A DNA stretch of 64,000 bases from positions 159,898,001 through 159,962,000 of the forward strand of contig OZ024743.1 of NCBI GenBank assembly GCA_964016885.1, given 5' to 3'. A program made the position numbers and the translations under genes. Shown one piece after another: positions 26,001 through 41,210 of the stretch (the first letter of the stretch is position 1; each line of letters opens with the position of its first letter). Under the pieces are notes generated by a model. The model did no database searches. It was not told the origin of the DNA and saw only the letters and a program-made list of their open reading frames with translations. The stretch comes from Eledone cirrhosa (Eukaryota).

Positions 26001-27040
26001 TTTTTCCCTCTTTGTTGGTGAGCAGTGAAGTTTTTTGTTTTTGTTTGCATGTAAGGAGCATTGTCACATATCCTATAGTTTTTCATAGGTCAGCAATTTT
26101 TTGTGGTGTTTTGTTCTTGTTAAAATCTCTGCTATCACCAAGATAATGCTTCACTGTCATTGCTAGGGCACATAAACAGGCGTTGAATTGCCAAAATGTG
26201 GGGTTTTTAATCCGTCGTAAATATCCATCCCCTATTTCGTCAATAGCACATAAACTTTCATTATTTGGTTTCATTTTATTTAGTATTGGTGTTTTATTGC
26301 GTTTAGCAAGAGAAATGTTGATACATGAATTAATTTTTCTCTGAAAGGTTTCATTGAGGGGAAATTTCAATTGTTTATACTTTGATTATTATTATCGATA
26401 GTGTTTTCCATGTCAGTCGAGGCAGACTCAGATGTTGCACGTGGTGTCAAATTTCTTATGGACATAGTTTTTCAAAGCACTGTTTGGTCCGGTTGCTAGG
26501 AAGTCTAATGGCATGTTGACTTGTAGCACGTGTTGAAAAAAAAAAGGATTTCTCTGGATATAGAATTTTGCTTTCAACCTTCTGTTAAAATTGCAAATGG
26601 AGACTCAAAAATTTTGTTTTCCCGCGTACACCTTGTCTTCTTCAATCCCAGCCATTTTTCCTGGCTCCCTAGCACATTCGGCAATACATCTGGAAGGCCA
26701 ACATTTTCTCGCCTACCCATCATCTTCTTGCCAGCACTGGTAAACTACCATAATAGCTTCGTCCACAGCTACTGGTACAACACTTACCATTAACATTTAA
26801 TGCAAGAACAGCAACTTCTCCCATGTCAGACTTTATCCGTTTTCTGTTAGACCTTTGGTGGTCACGTATAAACTACAAAACGGCTAGTCATTTGACAGCG
26901 GCTCAACACGGCCCGTAGCGCCTCCTTTTTTTTCTTGCATGCATCCTTCTGCTCAATTATATTTTCACTGATGTGCTCTTTCAGCATTTGTTCTTGCTGA
27001 TTCAATAATCTGTATCGACTTCCGTCTAGAAGGGGGTATT
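23060..27040 (-). mobile_element. Degenerate REL-endonuclease non-LTR retrotransposon, R4/Dong-like
   Basis: REL motif RYNRPDIIIWDREKK..VVEVSSP (ORF 23367-23735). CCHC knuckle CRLC...HVISSC near 23900-23950. RT motifs FVDDLKL (~24910), LDY..FNAVPH (25076-25282) and YRPIACQNLMHK (~25430). 3' end lies near (TATG)n. Confidence 0.88.
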
Positions 27041-28694
27041 GTAGTGACCTACAATCCGCGGGCTAACATACATTCTCTGTGCGTGATTTGGCTCAGCTCA
27101 GCCAATCAGCGCCAGGAGAAGAGGATGTATCCCTGCGCGTCCTTAGGGAGAGATAGCCCGCGAAGATTTGAGGAATCTAACTCTTGCAGCTTGACCATGC
27201 TAAGGTAAACACCACTTGTTCTTTTGCTCCGTAAGCACAAACAATATGTAACGACACAACAATTTTACTACGGACCTGGCCAAACGCCTCAGCCAGTCGA
27301 CCGTATTTTCTCTTGTAATCTTAATTGAATTATTTCATTATTCTTGGCATGCCAACTTAATTCACTTCTTAACCTTTGTTAATAAATAATGTAAAAACAA
27401 GCTAAAGTCGTTGTCCTATCATATCTTTCTACCAAACCTGGTTCCTCGTGGCAACATTACAACTCTCTAAAATAAAATCTCTGCTAAAATACCATTGTTG
27501 TTCTGGGGGTCTTACAATTAATTATATTTTATTTTTACGTTCAATAAACATCACTTGTTGGCCTAATTGTTTGGATGTATTTAGTCCCAGTGTAGCTTCA
27601 CTCTATTTATATAGCCAACGGAGGGGTTTTTTCCCCATTTTATAACAATTAAATAAATCATCATTAAGTTCGCAACTACAAGAGACATGCGTTTTATAAT
27701 TTCGGTTTCCTCAGTAGCTACAACTGAAGAAGTTTTGTTTATCTTTATCATTGATTTTCTCACTGATTTTCTCCGGTAAATTGTTTTCGTTCCTTGTGTT
27801 CGGTAAATTGTTGTTGTTGATGCTGTGTCCATCCATGCTGTTTTCAGCAAATCCTTGTAAAATGAATTATGTATTTAGTCGGATATCTCTACGAATTCGA
27901 ATAAAAGGTCACTTCAGAAGAATATCCAGTTATTCAGCACAACTGGTAGTTGTTGCATTACTGTCAGAAATAGTATCCATCTTGAATTTAATGAATAGTC
28001 GCCCAGGCCAAAATGTGCGACTGATCATGTTGACTGACTGACTGTTGTATGTATGTATATATGTATGTATGTATGTATACATATGTATATATTTATGTGC
28101 ATGGAAATTAAACTTACAACACTGAATTTAAAAGAATTTAAAAGAATTCGTTGGTAAATAGTTGATAGACAGGAATATTTGTTAACCAAACCCAGCTCAA
28201 TATGATTATGTGTGAACCCTAGTATGTATATTTGCATATACGTTCGCGTGCGTTTTGTTTGTGGTCATAGTGACTGAATGACAACAGCTTCCGTACACTA
28301 GTTTTGTTGCCACATCCAGTTGAATCTGACCAAAGACTTATAATCAAAAGTACGCCACTCGTATCTATATAATCTTTCTTGCTTCAGGTATAAGGAAACC
28401 AATTAACAATACATCGTTTTCATTTGAATGTAATTTGGTTGATATTTATAGCTGGTCAAGTGACCACGTAGAATGTCTTTCATTGACTAAAAAATTGCTT
28501 CAGGGCAGAGCATCACAGCAGGATCTGACTTGCCCGCAAATCGGAGATATGGTCCAAATGCAAACAATGGAGCAGACTGAGCGAAAAATACCCAAATGTC
28601 CAAATTTGTATATGAGGTTTCGGGAGTATAAGTGTATAAGTGCCTGTGTATATTTTAAAGAAGGAGTGAAGTGTTTTCATATGTATATATATAT

Positions 28695-30021
28695 GAACTA
28701 GACATCCAGGAACTCAAACACCCCAAACCCAGGAATGAACCGCAACAAAAAACTCTACCATACATCTCCACACACAACCCCCTCAACAATGAGGCATTCG
28801 ACACCATCCTCCAGAACATTCCTTTACTAAAAGGAGACCCAAGAATGAACAATATCCTCCAAACACACAACATCATAAAGAGCAAAAGACAACCCAAATA
28901 TATAAAAAACATCCTCACACAAGCGAAAATACAATAAACCCTCACAATGAACCCTACAATAACAAAATGCGGAAGGCCCAACTCTGACATATGCATAAAT
29001 CTAATAGAAAGTTCAACCTTCCATTTTAAACAAGGTCAACGTTTCACAGTCAAACACAACTTTACATGTGCATCTGAAAACCTTATCTATGTTTTGACAT
29101 GCTCAGGTTGTCAACAGCACTACATAGGACAGACAAAAACAGCCTCCGTCAATGTATGACCATCCATAAATCACAAATTAAAATACAGGAATACAGAAAG
29201 ATTGCATTAAGGAACATATCGCCAATTGTGCTCTCAACCAACATCCAAACTATAAAATTTTCCCTATTTACAAATTCATAGACAACGCTACTTTCATCCA
29301 ACGTACCAATAAGGAAACACATTTCCTTAATAAATTTCAACCACTACTAAATGCTCTAAAAATCGGGCCAATCTAAAACTGCTACAAACCATCAAACATT
29401 TACAAGAGTTACCTCCCTCACACCCTACCTAATCCTTTTTCTTAAATAAATTAAATATCACCCAATAAGAATTGCTTCCCCTGCATATTAACTCTCTAAA
29501 ACGGGAAATCATATCAAACCTCAGTCCACAATTTGCCTCCTTCACGGAACCATGGTTCAACTAAGCACTCTTGCTATATTAACACATTTTGAACTGCTTA
29601 ACATCAATGACTGTGCTTATAAATAACATTATTTTTATTCCACGTTGACTTTTTACGTTCCACATTATGAACGTTTTTTTTTTCCTTTTTCTTTTTTCTT
29701 TTCACTTCTTAAACCTTGTTTGTATATAACATTATTCTTCCTGCACCTTCTGTTTAATATGTGCGCCACCACACTAATACAGTCCACTATCATTTGATAA
29801 TGCATATAAATGCTGAAACCGGTAATAGACAATAATTAAATATATAAATAGATATAATGAATGCCATTGTTAAATAATAAATAATTCAACTAATACATTA
29901 ACACTTCACACAAAGTAAAACATTTCGCTTTAATCATTTTCTAACCCAGAAACAAGAGAGAGAGAAACAAAAAAGGAAAAAAATATATTTTTCTTCCTCA
30001 TAATCGTCTCTTTCTCCCTGT

Positions 30022-30027
<6 letters not shown>
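28695..30027 (+). mobile_element. 5'-truncated PLE (Cys linker, GIY-YIG, 3' UTR with HHR at 29787-29828), ending at (TA)n
   Basis: KCGRPNSDIC...FTCASENLIYVLTCSGCQQHYIGQT (ORF 28947-29159). HHR TTGATAA-t-gca-tataaa-tgc-t-GAAAC-CG-GTA-atag. Confidence 0.85.
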
Positions 30028-30073
<46 letters not shown>

Positions 30074-30714
30074 ATCTAAAGCTTAACTTAGGGATATGTG
30101 GTGATAGGGAGAGAAATTGAGCTCATCAAAAGAACGTCATGAATTAATATGATAGTAATAGAGCTAAAGATTGCTTCTGATCTTAAAAGCTGTAAAATAA
30201 AATATAGAGGTAGTATTTCTGTTAAACATTTTATATTACACCACCAACTAATCAAAGACACGTAGAAAACACACAAACGAAAATATTTACAGATAAGAAT
30301 TAATTATAGAATTTGTTTTTCATATCACACACGTGTACGACAAATAAGGATATGCTATAAATGTTGTAAATAGCGATATCAATCATGGAATGTTTAACTG
30401 TTATTTGGATGTGGATATTTGGTTTCAGATCAGGCGTGGAGGTTAAATAAAATAAAAATATGATATGTGATATTCATGACGCTTCTATTATTTGCTTTCG
30501 CTGCCTATTCCTGTACCGTCATTACATTTGTGTTCTTTTGAAATTGCTGGATTAAATTAAGTGAATTACTATACATACGTAAACTGAAATTGACTGCCAA
30601 TCTCAGTCCACGGAAAACTTGCTCCTCCTCTTTCAGTGCTACACAGCAGAAATGAATTACGTATCACCTATGCAACCAAGGATAAGTTTTATGAACACTA
30701 TTCTATATTCCATA

Positions 30715-33380
30715 CTAGCTATCCGGTGAAACCTAGGTATTTTATTAAAGTTACAATATATTTTGGCACATATTACAAAATATTTGACCACCGAAATATG
30801 ATTCCTAAAGTAGGAATTATAGCAGAATCTATTTGTTTGCCGTTTTGTTTGCCATTTCTATATACAAATATTATTTTTATTTTTTTGCAGTGGTGATTTT
30901 TTGAATACTGCTCCCTATTATATGGGACAGCAGACTGGCATTTGAAAGAAATGTGGCTGCTATTTCTAACATGTCAAGCTAGCTGCCATAAAAAGAATTC
31001 ACTTATACTACTTTATATAGCAGAGGTAACCAGGAATGTGCGTATATTCTTCCAAAGTGTCACTATGCAGTAAAGTTGTGACTTCAAAATTCACTTCAAA
31101 CTATATGACTAATGAATTAATATAAATTGTCATTCAATGAGGGATTACGATATTGCTCATTCCAATAAAAAACCTTCTTGGTTTTGTCCTGTGGTGCTAT
31201 ATTGAAGAGACAATCAGGGTTTCCAACCCTTGTTGTACCAACATAGAGCTGTCCATGTGAAAAGACAGGATCTGCCAGGTTCAGCCCAATGACATTCAAT
31301 GATTGCCCTTGAGATTTATTGATCGCAAAACTGAGTGTTATAGGAAATTAAAGCCTTTGAAATTCAAATAGCAAATCAGTTGTCTTCAGAGGTATTCTGG
31401 GAATGAAACAATTGTCACCAGCAAATTTTCCTGACATGATTGTTACTTCTAGGACATTGGGCATCAAATTTCTAATGATGAGCCTTTTGACATTGCAAAG
31501 TTTTGGAGGATAAAAGCTTCAACATCAGGTTGTGTGAAGGAATTCCTGTTAGTTCAAGAGTGTAAAAAAGAAATTCAATTGGATATTTAACGAACCAGGT
31601 CTTGGGAAGCGATTGTGTAAACTGATTTGTAGCAACTTTTCTCTACTGGTAACATGTCCAACAGCCTTCTATTGATTTCTTTCACATCAACATTTTTCAG
31701 TGCTAAGATTGCTCGTTCTCAGAGACATTTTGGATCGCATTGTCTGATCTGAATGTTTGAAAACACTCTCGCAATCAGTTCTTGTTCTGTTTCCATGGTA
31801 TGGTCAAATACCAACTGAATCTGGTCGTTGGAGTCCTTTTTTAAGTAGCCCATTTCCCAATTTAAATAGTTGGATGGAAAACTCACTGAGATCTTCATCA
31901 CCAGTCAAGCACATTGGTTGTAAGGCTCAGCCGCTGAAAGTGGGACCAGAAACAGGATGTTTTCAGACAGGCATTGATCTGATCACATTTGGTTCCACAG
32001 GGAATTACAGGCTGAGTTTGTCTGAAACCTAGAACCATTGTTACTCCTATTATGCAAGTATTTTCTTTCAGATTCCTTATTTTCTGGTCCGAAAATCTCA
32101 TGATAGCTTCATCCCAAATTATCATATTGCATGTTTGCAGAAGCTTACGCCTGGGTGAGTTCTTGATGTTGCAAATAGATGCATCAGGTCATGTGAGGTC
32201 TATGGGCAGCTTAAACTTAGAGTGTGCAGTTTTTCCTCCATCAAGAACTGTTGCTACAATGCCACCTGAAGCCACAGCAAGGGAAATATATTGCTTTTGG
32301 TGAACTTTTGCAAGCAGGAGGTTTATGAGGAATGTCTTAACTGAGCCAGCAGGAGCATTGAGGAAGAAAATTCCTCCCCTCTCATTTTCAATGTTTTCCA
32401 TGATATTGTGGTCATCACCCAGTCAAGGTTCATTTTTATTCACAAACTTAAGCATTGCTTGAATATCGTAGTTTGTTTCATGAAAAACCTATTGTGTTAT
32501 CTCCATTTCTTCATCTGGCTCTGGCATCCCGCAATGATATTAAATCCCTGAACTCGATGGGAGAGATCGCAGAGAGCTTGATTGTAAAACCTTGGTGAAC
32601 ATTCCATATACATATTGCCATGCTGTCTTTGGGCTAAGTGTAGATAGTTATCTGACATATTGTTTTTGTATTCCTGCAAGAGTAGATGAGCTTTATCAAT
32701 TCCACATGCTGTGAGTATATTAGGAAGCAACTGGCTTATTTGAATGTTTACTCAAGTGACTGCTGCTTTTTCTAGGCTCTTCTTCCAATGTCCGTAGTCA
32801 TGCAGGAGTCCGTGCTCTTTACATGCTTCTTGGTATATTGCACACACTCTTCCTCCGATTAACCCTAGATCCTCAAATGACGTTGGTCTTTTAACAATAT
32901 GCATAAGTAGCCGTCAATAAAAACACTCTCTATTGTTGGGGTGGTCATTGTAAACATACAACACGTGCCTTGACTTGATGATCATTCACTATATGACCCT
33001 GCTCTCTTCGATTCCAGGTGATTCAATTGGTCCAGGTGTAGTATGTTGGGATATCATCATATAGGAGGGATCAAACAAATACATCATTCTGGGAGAGTTT
33101 TAAAAAAGCAGTTAGAGTAGTGTCAGGTGGTTCTTTTGTCAACTGATGAGCAGAGGTCTCGGTGAAGTACACTCTCTGTCCAATTTCTAGATGGACTGTG
33201 ATGTTGACCACTGTTGGATAGCGTTGGTGGATATCAAATCCAAAGATCTGCCAGGTAACTTCATTGTTGGACATGTATCAACCTGTCTGATACTGTTTGA
33301 CCACAACCAGACAACTATCATTGAGTTTTTTGTCAGTAACAAAGGTAGCCATGTCACTGCCCTTGTTGATATATTCTGTG
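30715..33380 (-). mobile_element. Degenerate autonomous Helitron (RepHel, PIF1-family helicase)
   Basis: Walker A-like FFLNAPAGSVKTFLINLLLA, VASGGIVATVLDGGKTAHSKFKLP, IIWDEA, PVFSHGQLYVG, and QRYPTVVNITVHLE. Candidate 3' CTAG at 30715-30718. Confidence 0.9.
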
Positions 33381-33589
33381 ATAAATAGTATAGAGCTGCA
33401 ATACGCAACATTGATAATTTATAAAAATATATAGTTATACTGAACTGAAGTGTAAACCAAACCAAACACATGATGTTTTTTTATTATTATTTTGGACATG
33501 TCCCTCCCCAAATATAACAATATCTGTTTCAACACACGATTTCATATAAAAAAAACTTGCAAAACAAATACAACGATTGCCCCAGGGTT

Positions 33590-34230
33590 TCATCATCATC
33601 ATCATAATTTTACGTTCGCCTTTCCCCGTTTGCAAGGATAGGACGGGTCCTCTTCAGCAGAGCATCTTTCCATTTGTCAAGGTCCTTTTTCATCACCTCT
33701 GTGAGCTTCAGCGATCTAAGGTTAGCTTTCACCACCTCCATCCATATTTTTCATGGTCTTCCTCTACTGCATTTTTCTTCCACTGGGATTACTTGGCGGT
33801 TATTCATCCAGCGGTCATCATTCATGTGCATCACATGGCCATACCAACGCAGTCTTCCCTCCTTTCCTCCTTTTACACACAGTTTCACTCTCAACTCGTC
33901 CATGCTTGGTCGTTCACGCACATTGACATTACACATCCAACGGAGCATTCTTGCGTCATTCCTCTCCAGCCTTTACATATCCTCCGAAGTTGCTGACCAT
34001 GTCTCACTACCCTGCAGCATTGTGAATCACACAGGCATCACACAACCGACCATTGGTTCGCAGGGAGAAACCCTTCGTTGTCAACAGAGCAAGGAGTTCC
34101 CTAAACTTCTTCCATCCTGTCCTTATTCTAGATAATATGGCCTCGGAGAATCTACGTCCCTTGCTAATTTGATCACCTAGTTATCGGAAGCTATCGACCA
34201 CCTCTATAAATCCTACCTGCATTTGATAAT
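33590..34230 (-). mobile_element. RTE-clade LINE 3' fragment
   Basis: MLRWMCNV..ELR..LRWYGHVMHM..RGRP (ORF 33751-33948). (GAT)n tail near 33590-33605. Confidence 0.85.
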
Positions 34231-34305
34231 GTGCTAATCACTGACAATTTTGAGAGCAGTAAAGTTGAAGAACGTCTACACACAAACACAAACACGCATA
34301 TATAC

Positions 34306-34383
<78 letters not shown>

Positions 34384-34395
34384 CCGTTCTTAGGT

Positions 34396-34433
<38 letters not shown>

Positions 34434-35494
34434 CCTGTAACGATATATATTTGGCAAAGAAACATATATATGTCTTCAACTTAAGTACACACATATACGC
34501 ACAGACACATATATCTCTAACTTAAGAACGCCGACACACACACATGCGTGCACACATACACAGTGTCCCAGTACGACTTACGTGAGAGACAGAGGGAGAA
34601 AGATAAATAACGTTGAAGAAGTGTGTAAAGAATAAATAAATAAGGATTAAAGTTATGGAACGCTGCTATCCTTTTATCCCCCAAACCCGCCTCTCTCTTT
34701 CTTTCTTTCTCTCGCTACCCATCTATCTCTCTCTCTCATCCGCTCTCTCTCTATCTCTCTGTCTCTCTCTCTCTCTCTCTCTGATCCCTCCTCTCTTTCT
34801 CTCCAGAATGGAGAACAAAAACAACATCGATGATTTTTTCGATATTCATTAGAAAGTAAGATAAATGAATTCCTTCATCTGCAAATTAAAATTCTTTTTT
34901 ACCATTACCTGTCCAAGTGTCTATTGAATATGAATATGTAATTCTGAGGGGTATGGTCAGCGAGTTTGTTAGTTTTAGGCGGGCATACAGAATAAAAAAC
35001 TTGCATTGAGATATACTAGCAGAAAAACCACCCTTCGGGTAGTTTTCTGCTACCATGTGTAATGTGCATATTGATATTATACGCAAGTATATATGCATGT
35101 AGATATTATACATAAAATAAAATCGTAATTGACAATATACACAGAAATTGAACGAAGACTGCGTTACACTGTCTTATGTAATCAGTAACGTAATCCATGA
35201 TACATTTAAAAAAAGACGATATTATATATAAACTGCATTAGGAGAAAATTAGTGACGGAAATATATGAATGTTTATTTAAGCGATCGCTAACCGGAAGAG
35301 TTGACATTTGAACATTTTAAAGAAGTGAATCTTAAAATAAGCAACAATATTATTTATATTTAAACAAGAATAACGAAATTTAGTAGATACAGTATATAAT
35401 ATTAATTCACCATTTATTTAAAGTAATATAACTTATTTTACAAACAGTATAACAGAATATATTCTGGACGCAGTCCCGCACTCCACACTTTATT

Positions 35495-35582
<88 letters not shown>

Positions 35583-35628
35583 CAAGTGTGTGATTACAAC
35601 CCACGACCTTTGAATCGCGGATCCATAA

Positions 35629-36420
35629 TCACACGAATCCCTTCAGGGACCGTAGCAAAAGGCACTCAACTAGGTTAGCGGACCTGGTGTGGGACCTGAA
35701 AGACCAAGGCACTCCGTACGTCCTGGAATGGAGTATCGTTCGCCTTGCGAGAGCATATTCGGCTGGAAGTAGAAAGTGCCAATTATACCTACACGAATCC
35801 ATGAAGATAGTCAGACTGAAAGATGACGCGGTCAACCTGAAGTCTGAAATTATCATGACATGCAGACACCAGAGAAGGTGCACATTTGCAGCGTAGAATC
35901 CTCCGGGTGGCACGGGCCAGGGGCATGGGACCGGGTACGCACAGACCCGAACGACCCAACAGGATTATGGGACCTGACGCCATGCCCTGATGACATTGTG
36001 CGACCGGTGTGGCAAACATAAGTAAACCAGGGTGCGCACCTGACCGAGCACGCAACATTGGGCAGGTACATCGCCTAGGCCGAGACAGGCTAATATGGGG
36101 TCTACGGTCGTCCGGTCCAATATCCCAAACATATAGAACAGCCATGGCATACCCCATGGTGACCGGGACAATCGTCCCTTTGAATGTGTACCCCGTCAAT
36201 CGTGACTATATACTCTCCACATGTCCCACTTTGGAACAATTATTATTACTGCTATTATTGTTTTGTTATTGTTACTTGTTCCATATACGTACCAATGTTT
36301 GAACCTCATACTACCTGTGTGTAGTATATCACATGGATACACGCACCTTCTCCTGTACCTCCCTGTCCGTTTTTTATTCACCCGTCTTTTATTTATCTAT
36401 TTGTGAAGTTACATACAGAT
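35629..36420 (+). mobile_element. PLE GIY-YIG C-terminal fragment and 3' UTR
   Basis: WDLKDQGTPYVLEWSIVRLARAYSAGSRKCQLYLHE...LKSEIIMTCRH (ORF 35687-35896). Confidence 0.8.
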
Positions 36421-36479
36421 TTTAATGTATTTTAAAATATTGTAAATTTATTTAATTTTATTATCCTATTGTTTATATG

Positions 36480-37790
36480 TGTGTTTTTATGTGTAGACCT
36501 GCGCGTAGGTAGATATATATATATATACGTGGGTGTGTATAAGCGCGTGTGTGCATGCATGTACATGTATGTACATATGTGGCTGAGTGTGTATATATAT
36601 GTATATATATGTACGTATAGCTGCGTATGAGTATGTGTGTGTATGTGGGTGCGTATGTATATATATATGTGTGTGTGTGCGTATGTATGTATATGTGGGT
36701 CTCTATATGTATGTGTATTTATGTGTGTATATATATATATATATATATGTGCATGTATGTATATATATATATGTATATTATATTGTATACTATATTGATA
36801 TTTTATTTTATGTTATGTTATTTTACTGTTATTTTATGGGATATTGTGTTTTTTTATTATATACTGTATTTTTATTTTACGGTTTTGTTTATATATGTAT
36901 ATGTGGAAGCATGTGTGTGTAAGCAAATATGCATATGTGCATGTGTCTGCATGTGGCCGTCCGTGTGCGTATGTATATGTATGCAAATGTATATATGTGT
37001 GCATGTATATATGTATGTATATATGTGGGTATGCGTACACATGTAGAGTTTTATATATATATATGTATGTGTATGTATGTGTGTATGTAGTTATGTGTAC
37101 GTATGTGTATTTTGTATGTATGTGAATGTGTATATATATATATATGTGTGTGTGTGTATATATATATAAATATGTGTGTATATAAGGTTGTGCGTAGGTA
37201 TGTGTGCGCGCGTATGTATGTGTATATGTGTATGTTTGCATGGGTGTGTGTACACATATGGACATATGTGCGTATAAGTTTCTATGTGTATGTGCGTGTA
37301 TACATGTGTATGTGTATGTATGTGTGCGTATGCATATATGTATATGTGTATACGTGTGTGTCTGCATGAGTGTGTATATGTGTGCGTGTCTATGTACACA
37401 CACACATATAGATAAATATATATATATGGTGTGAGTATCTGTCAGTGGTATGTGTGGGGGGGGGGGGGCCTACGTACACCCACATAGGACGGTTGTATAT
37501 AAACGTGTGTGTATACAGACGTGTGTGTCTGAGCGTGTGTGCGCGTTTGCCTGCGTGTGGGACCGGATGTATGGCGCAGTTTAGACAGGCGATAATAGGC
37601 TTGTGGCGGTCGGTATCTAGAAGTGGGTGTGCCTGGGTTTGTGGAAGAGAGGGAGAGTGTGTGCGTGTATATATGTGCATGGGGTATGTGTGTCTGCACA
37701 TGTATGCGTACATATGTCTATGCACGCATGTGTCTGTGCCTGCCCGTGTGTGTGTATATGTGTGTGTGTGTATATGTGGGTACATACCAT
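36480..37790. repeat. Degenerate (TG/TA/TATG)n low-complexity tract
   Basis: Alternating purine-pyrimidine sequence. It is the source of the many YIYVC/HTHT ORFs. Confidence 0.9.
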
Positions 37791-38146
37791 GGAGTGTGAA
37801 CAGACGTGTGAGATACCGAATCCAGCATGACTCCATTGAAGTGTGTCGGACGGAAAATGGCTGATCAGCCGTGTAGCAGTAAATAGTGACCAGAACTTAA
37901 GATGACGTAGAATAACAACAGCCAATGGCATGACAAGAGTGGAAGATGTTTTTTGAAGGTGCTTTTTGACGATAACACCCCAGTGAGAGAATTTGCTCCG
38001 AACGAATTATTCGTGTGCGAAGGAACCTGCAGCCGTAGAATCAGCCAGATCCATACAGTGATCATGTCTCGAGCTTCCTGCCGGCGAAACAATTGTAACA
38101 CGCAATAAACTGAGTCCAGATGCATCACTGATTTTTCGTTTTTTTA

Positions 38147-38253
<107 letters not shown>

Positions 38254-38322
38254 GAGGGATAGATAGGTAGATAGATAGATAGATAGATATATAGATAGAT
38301 AGATAGATAGATAAATAGATAA

Positions 38323-38358
<36 letters not shown>

Positions 38359-39105
38359 CATTATCCCATGTTCTCTAACGAATATTTAAAAAAATAAAGT
38401 TTTATATTCTATGGCAACTATTATTATAAATTATATATTTCAAAGAGTATTGTATGTTCCATTGTACATGTTCCATAAGCAATTTCTTATATTTCATACA
38501 ATTTATTCTACATAAGAATATTCGATATTTCAAGATGTACATTTCACATAATGCTCTCTTTATTCTATACATCATATTCTATTTAAGGAAATTATTCATT
38601 CCATATCATGCATCTTCCCGTAAATCCTGATGGGTTCGTAGTGCACTTTATTAACATACGGCGTTTCTAGGGCATTTTGAAACCTAGCGGTGCCTATCTC
38701 CTCCCCAATTCCGAATAAAGCATGTACTAACCTTTGCTACACAACTAAATCTTTAAATATATATGCACACCTACAAACACACATACTTACACACACACGC
38801 ACACACAACCATAGACATGCATACACATATTACCTACATCTACACAACAATTACAAGCAATCCAAGTACATTCACTGAATTCATTCAATATGCTAAACTT
38901 AGCAGCCAAATCTACCATAAACCACACGCAGCCATGTCTAAAAAAGATGTTTGGTTAATGCAGTTGCCGATATTTTCTCTGCAAAAAAGATGCAGTAGTC
39001 AAGTGAGTATACCTTTTCTCATAGGACAGTTTCACTCAATATGTAAAGAAATAGCGATGTCTTTCTTCCAGCTCCAACTTCTAGCATTTTCCGTTCGATA
39101 CATCT

Positions 39106-39181
<76 letters not shown>

Positions 39182-39539
39182 TATTATAGATCATATTTTC
39201 ATGAATATTATAATTGTCATTATCGTTGTTGTTATATATATTACCTTTTTCTTTTATTATTGACGCTTTGAGGTTTTGGTATTGACGTTATGATCAGTTG
39301 TATTCCATATTTTCCACGTAAAACATACCCGACAATTGTACAAATGTTCGGCTTACTGCGTTCTAAGGTCAAATTCTACAACTGCCCTTTATCCTTTCAC
39401 GGTCGATACATAATGTACCAGTCCAGTATTGGAATCAATTCTCTCTGCCTCTCTCTCTCTACCTGTCTCCCTTTTTCCTCTATTTCTAGATTTAAAGTGT
39501 CCAAGATAAGCATGTTAAGACAGAAACTCTACTACTCCG

Positions 39540-40624
39540 CTATACGTGGCCTTCGAAGAAGACATCATCTCTGCTCTTTCTCTGCAAGTAACGGCGGAGG
39601 TGCCGATGGTCCCGTCCACATCAGGGATTTATTCTCCCAGCTCATTGCCGAAGACATGTGCCACCTTCTGGACGAAGCTGAGACCCTCATTAACAGGTTT
39701 ATTTACGGCACCATGGACCCTTATTATTCTAACCACTTTCATGAAAAAAGACAATGGTGTGCGCCCCATCGCTGTAGGAAATGTCTTACAAAGGCTCGCA
39801 GTTATGGTCGTCTGAAAGTATGTCACACCTGAACTAAGAGAGTAACTCAGCTCTGTGCAGCTAGGAGTCGGCGTGACAAGTGAATTCGAGTTCTTTAGCG
39901 ACTGTCCTCTCGGAACATAATGATTCGAAGCACCTCATCATTAAGCTTACCTTCAATTGTCTGCAGAGCAATGAATAGCTCCGCCGTGTCGTTTCCGCCT
40001 ACTCACGGGCCTACCTGTCGTATAGGTCTCCAGACATGCTCCTCACTGCGAACAAGATCACACCATCTTCATGGCATTCAGTTGAACATGAAACAATTTC
40101 TTCAAATTCTGGATCTTGAATAAAATCAAAAAACAAGATGAAGAAGAAGAAACATGTGCTGTCACAGTCTGATATTATACAAAGAAATGCAGAAAAAATA
40201 GAATTACATCTGAAGATCGATAATATCGAGATGGGATCTGCCAAAAGTAAGATGAATAAAATAATTTACTGTGTAATGTATGATTTTATGTATTATGCCT
40301 ATGCATTGTGTTTATTTTCAGAGAATATATGTTTATATATAATTGGGTTTATAATATATAGCTTTACAAGTGAAGATTTTGATAAAAAATGCCTACTTAA
40401 TATTGGATGGTTTCGAAGATATATGTGTTTCTATATGATACCATTGACAAAATAAATGTTTGAAAAAATTATAACAAAAGAGTTCAAATTTATGAGCACG
40501 TGTATTCGTATGGATTCATCGAAGTATAAGATTTGAAACTATCATAATTTAGGTGTCAGGAATATATATGTGTATGTAGGATGAAGTCCATCACATACAT
40601 ACACACGCAAAGCTGCTCAAAACG

Positions 40625-40680
<56 letters not shown>

Positions 40681-41210
40681 TGCATGTATGAATATATGTA
40701 TGTATACGTGCATGAATGTATGTATGTATGGATGTTATGTATGATTTTAGTTTTAGAAAACGTGGTTTCTAAGAAAGTATAGGAAAAGTTTCTTTGAAAT
40801 TTAAAGTAAGAAAGACAATATATCATATCCCTTTTATCCTTACAAATTTGCAGTTAATTATCTGTTATCTTTGAATGTATGTTCAATCTAATTACAAGTA
40901 TTGAATGGTTCATTTGCTCAGATATTTGAATATTTAAAACACCCATAAATATATATATCAAAAGTATATATTGAGTTAAACATTCACATTAGCCCCTTAT
41001 AATCAAAGTAGCCCAAGGAACAAATATTTTCCGCATCGGCGTTTCCTTGAGGCTTGGCCTTCGGATCTGCGAGTCACACCAATGTCGCTGTGTATCCACA
41101 GTGGACTCTCTGGCCTCCACTCGCTTTACTGTCTCCACAGTGCCGGCCGCTTTCCACGCCATGCTGCCCTCAACGAGGTCATAAAGCATGGCTATTGGAA
41201 TCCCTTCCCA
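39540..41210 (+). mobile_element. Fragments of a CRE-like non-LTR element (RT ~39540-40020; Zn-knuckle ~41040-41210)
   Basis: KKDNGVRPIAVGNVLQRLA and QLGVGV (RT). GLHSLYCLHSAGRFPRHAALNEVIK (pre-REL CCHC region). Confidence 0.7.

Noticed and set aside
37830-38102. GAAACAATTGTA at ~38086, suggesting an HHR with a very long stem II at the end of the 35629 PLE
   Set aside because: No clean CTGANGA with a matching stem I was found upstream.
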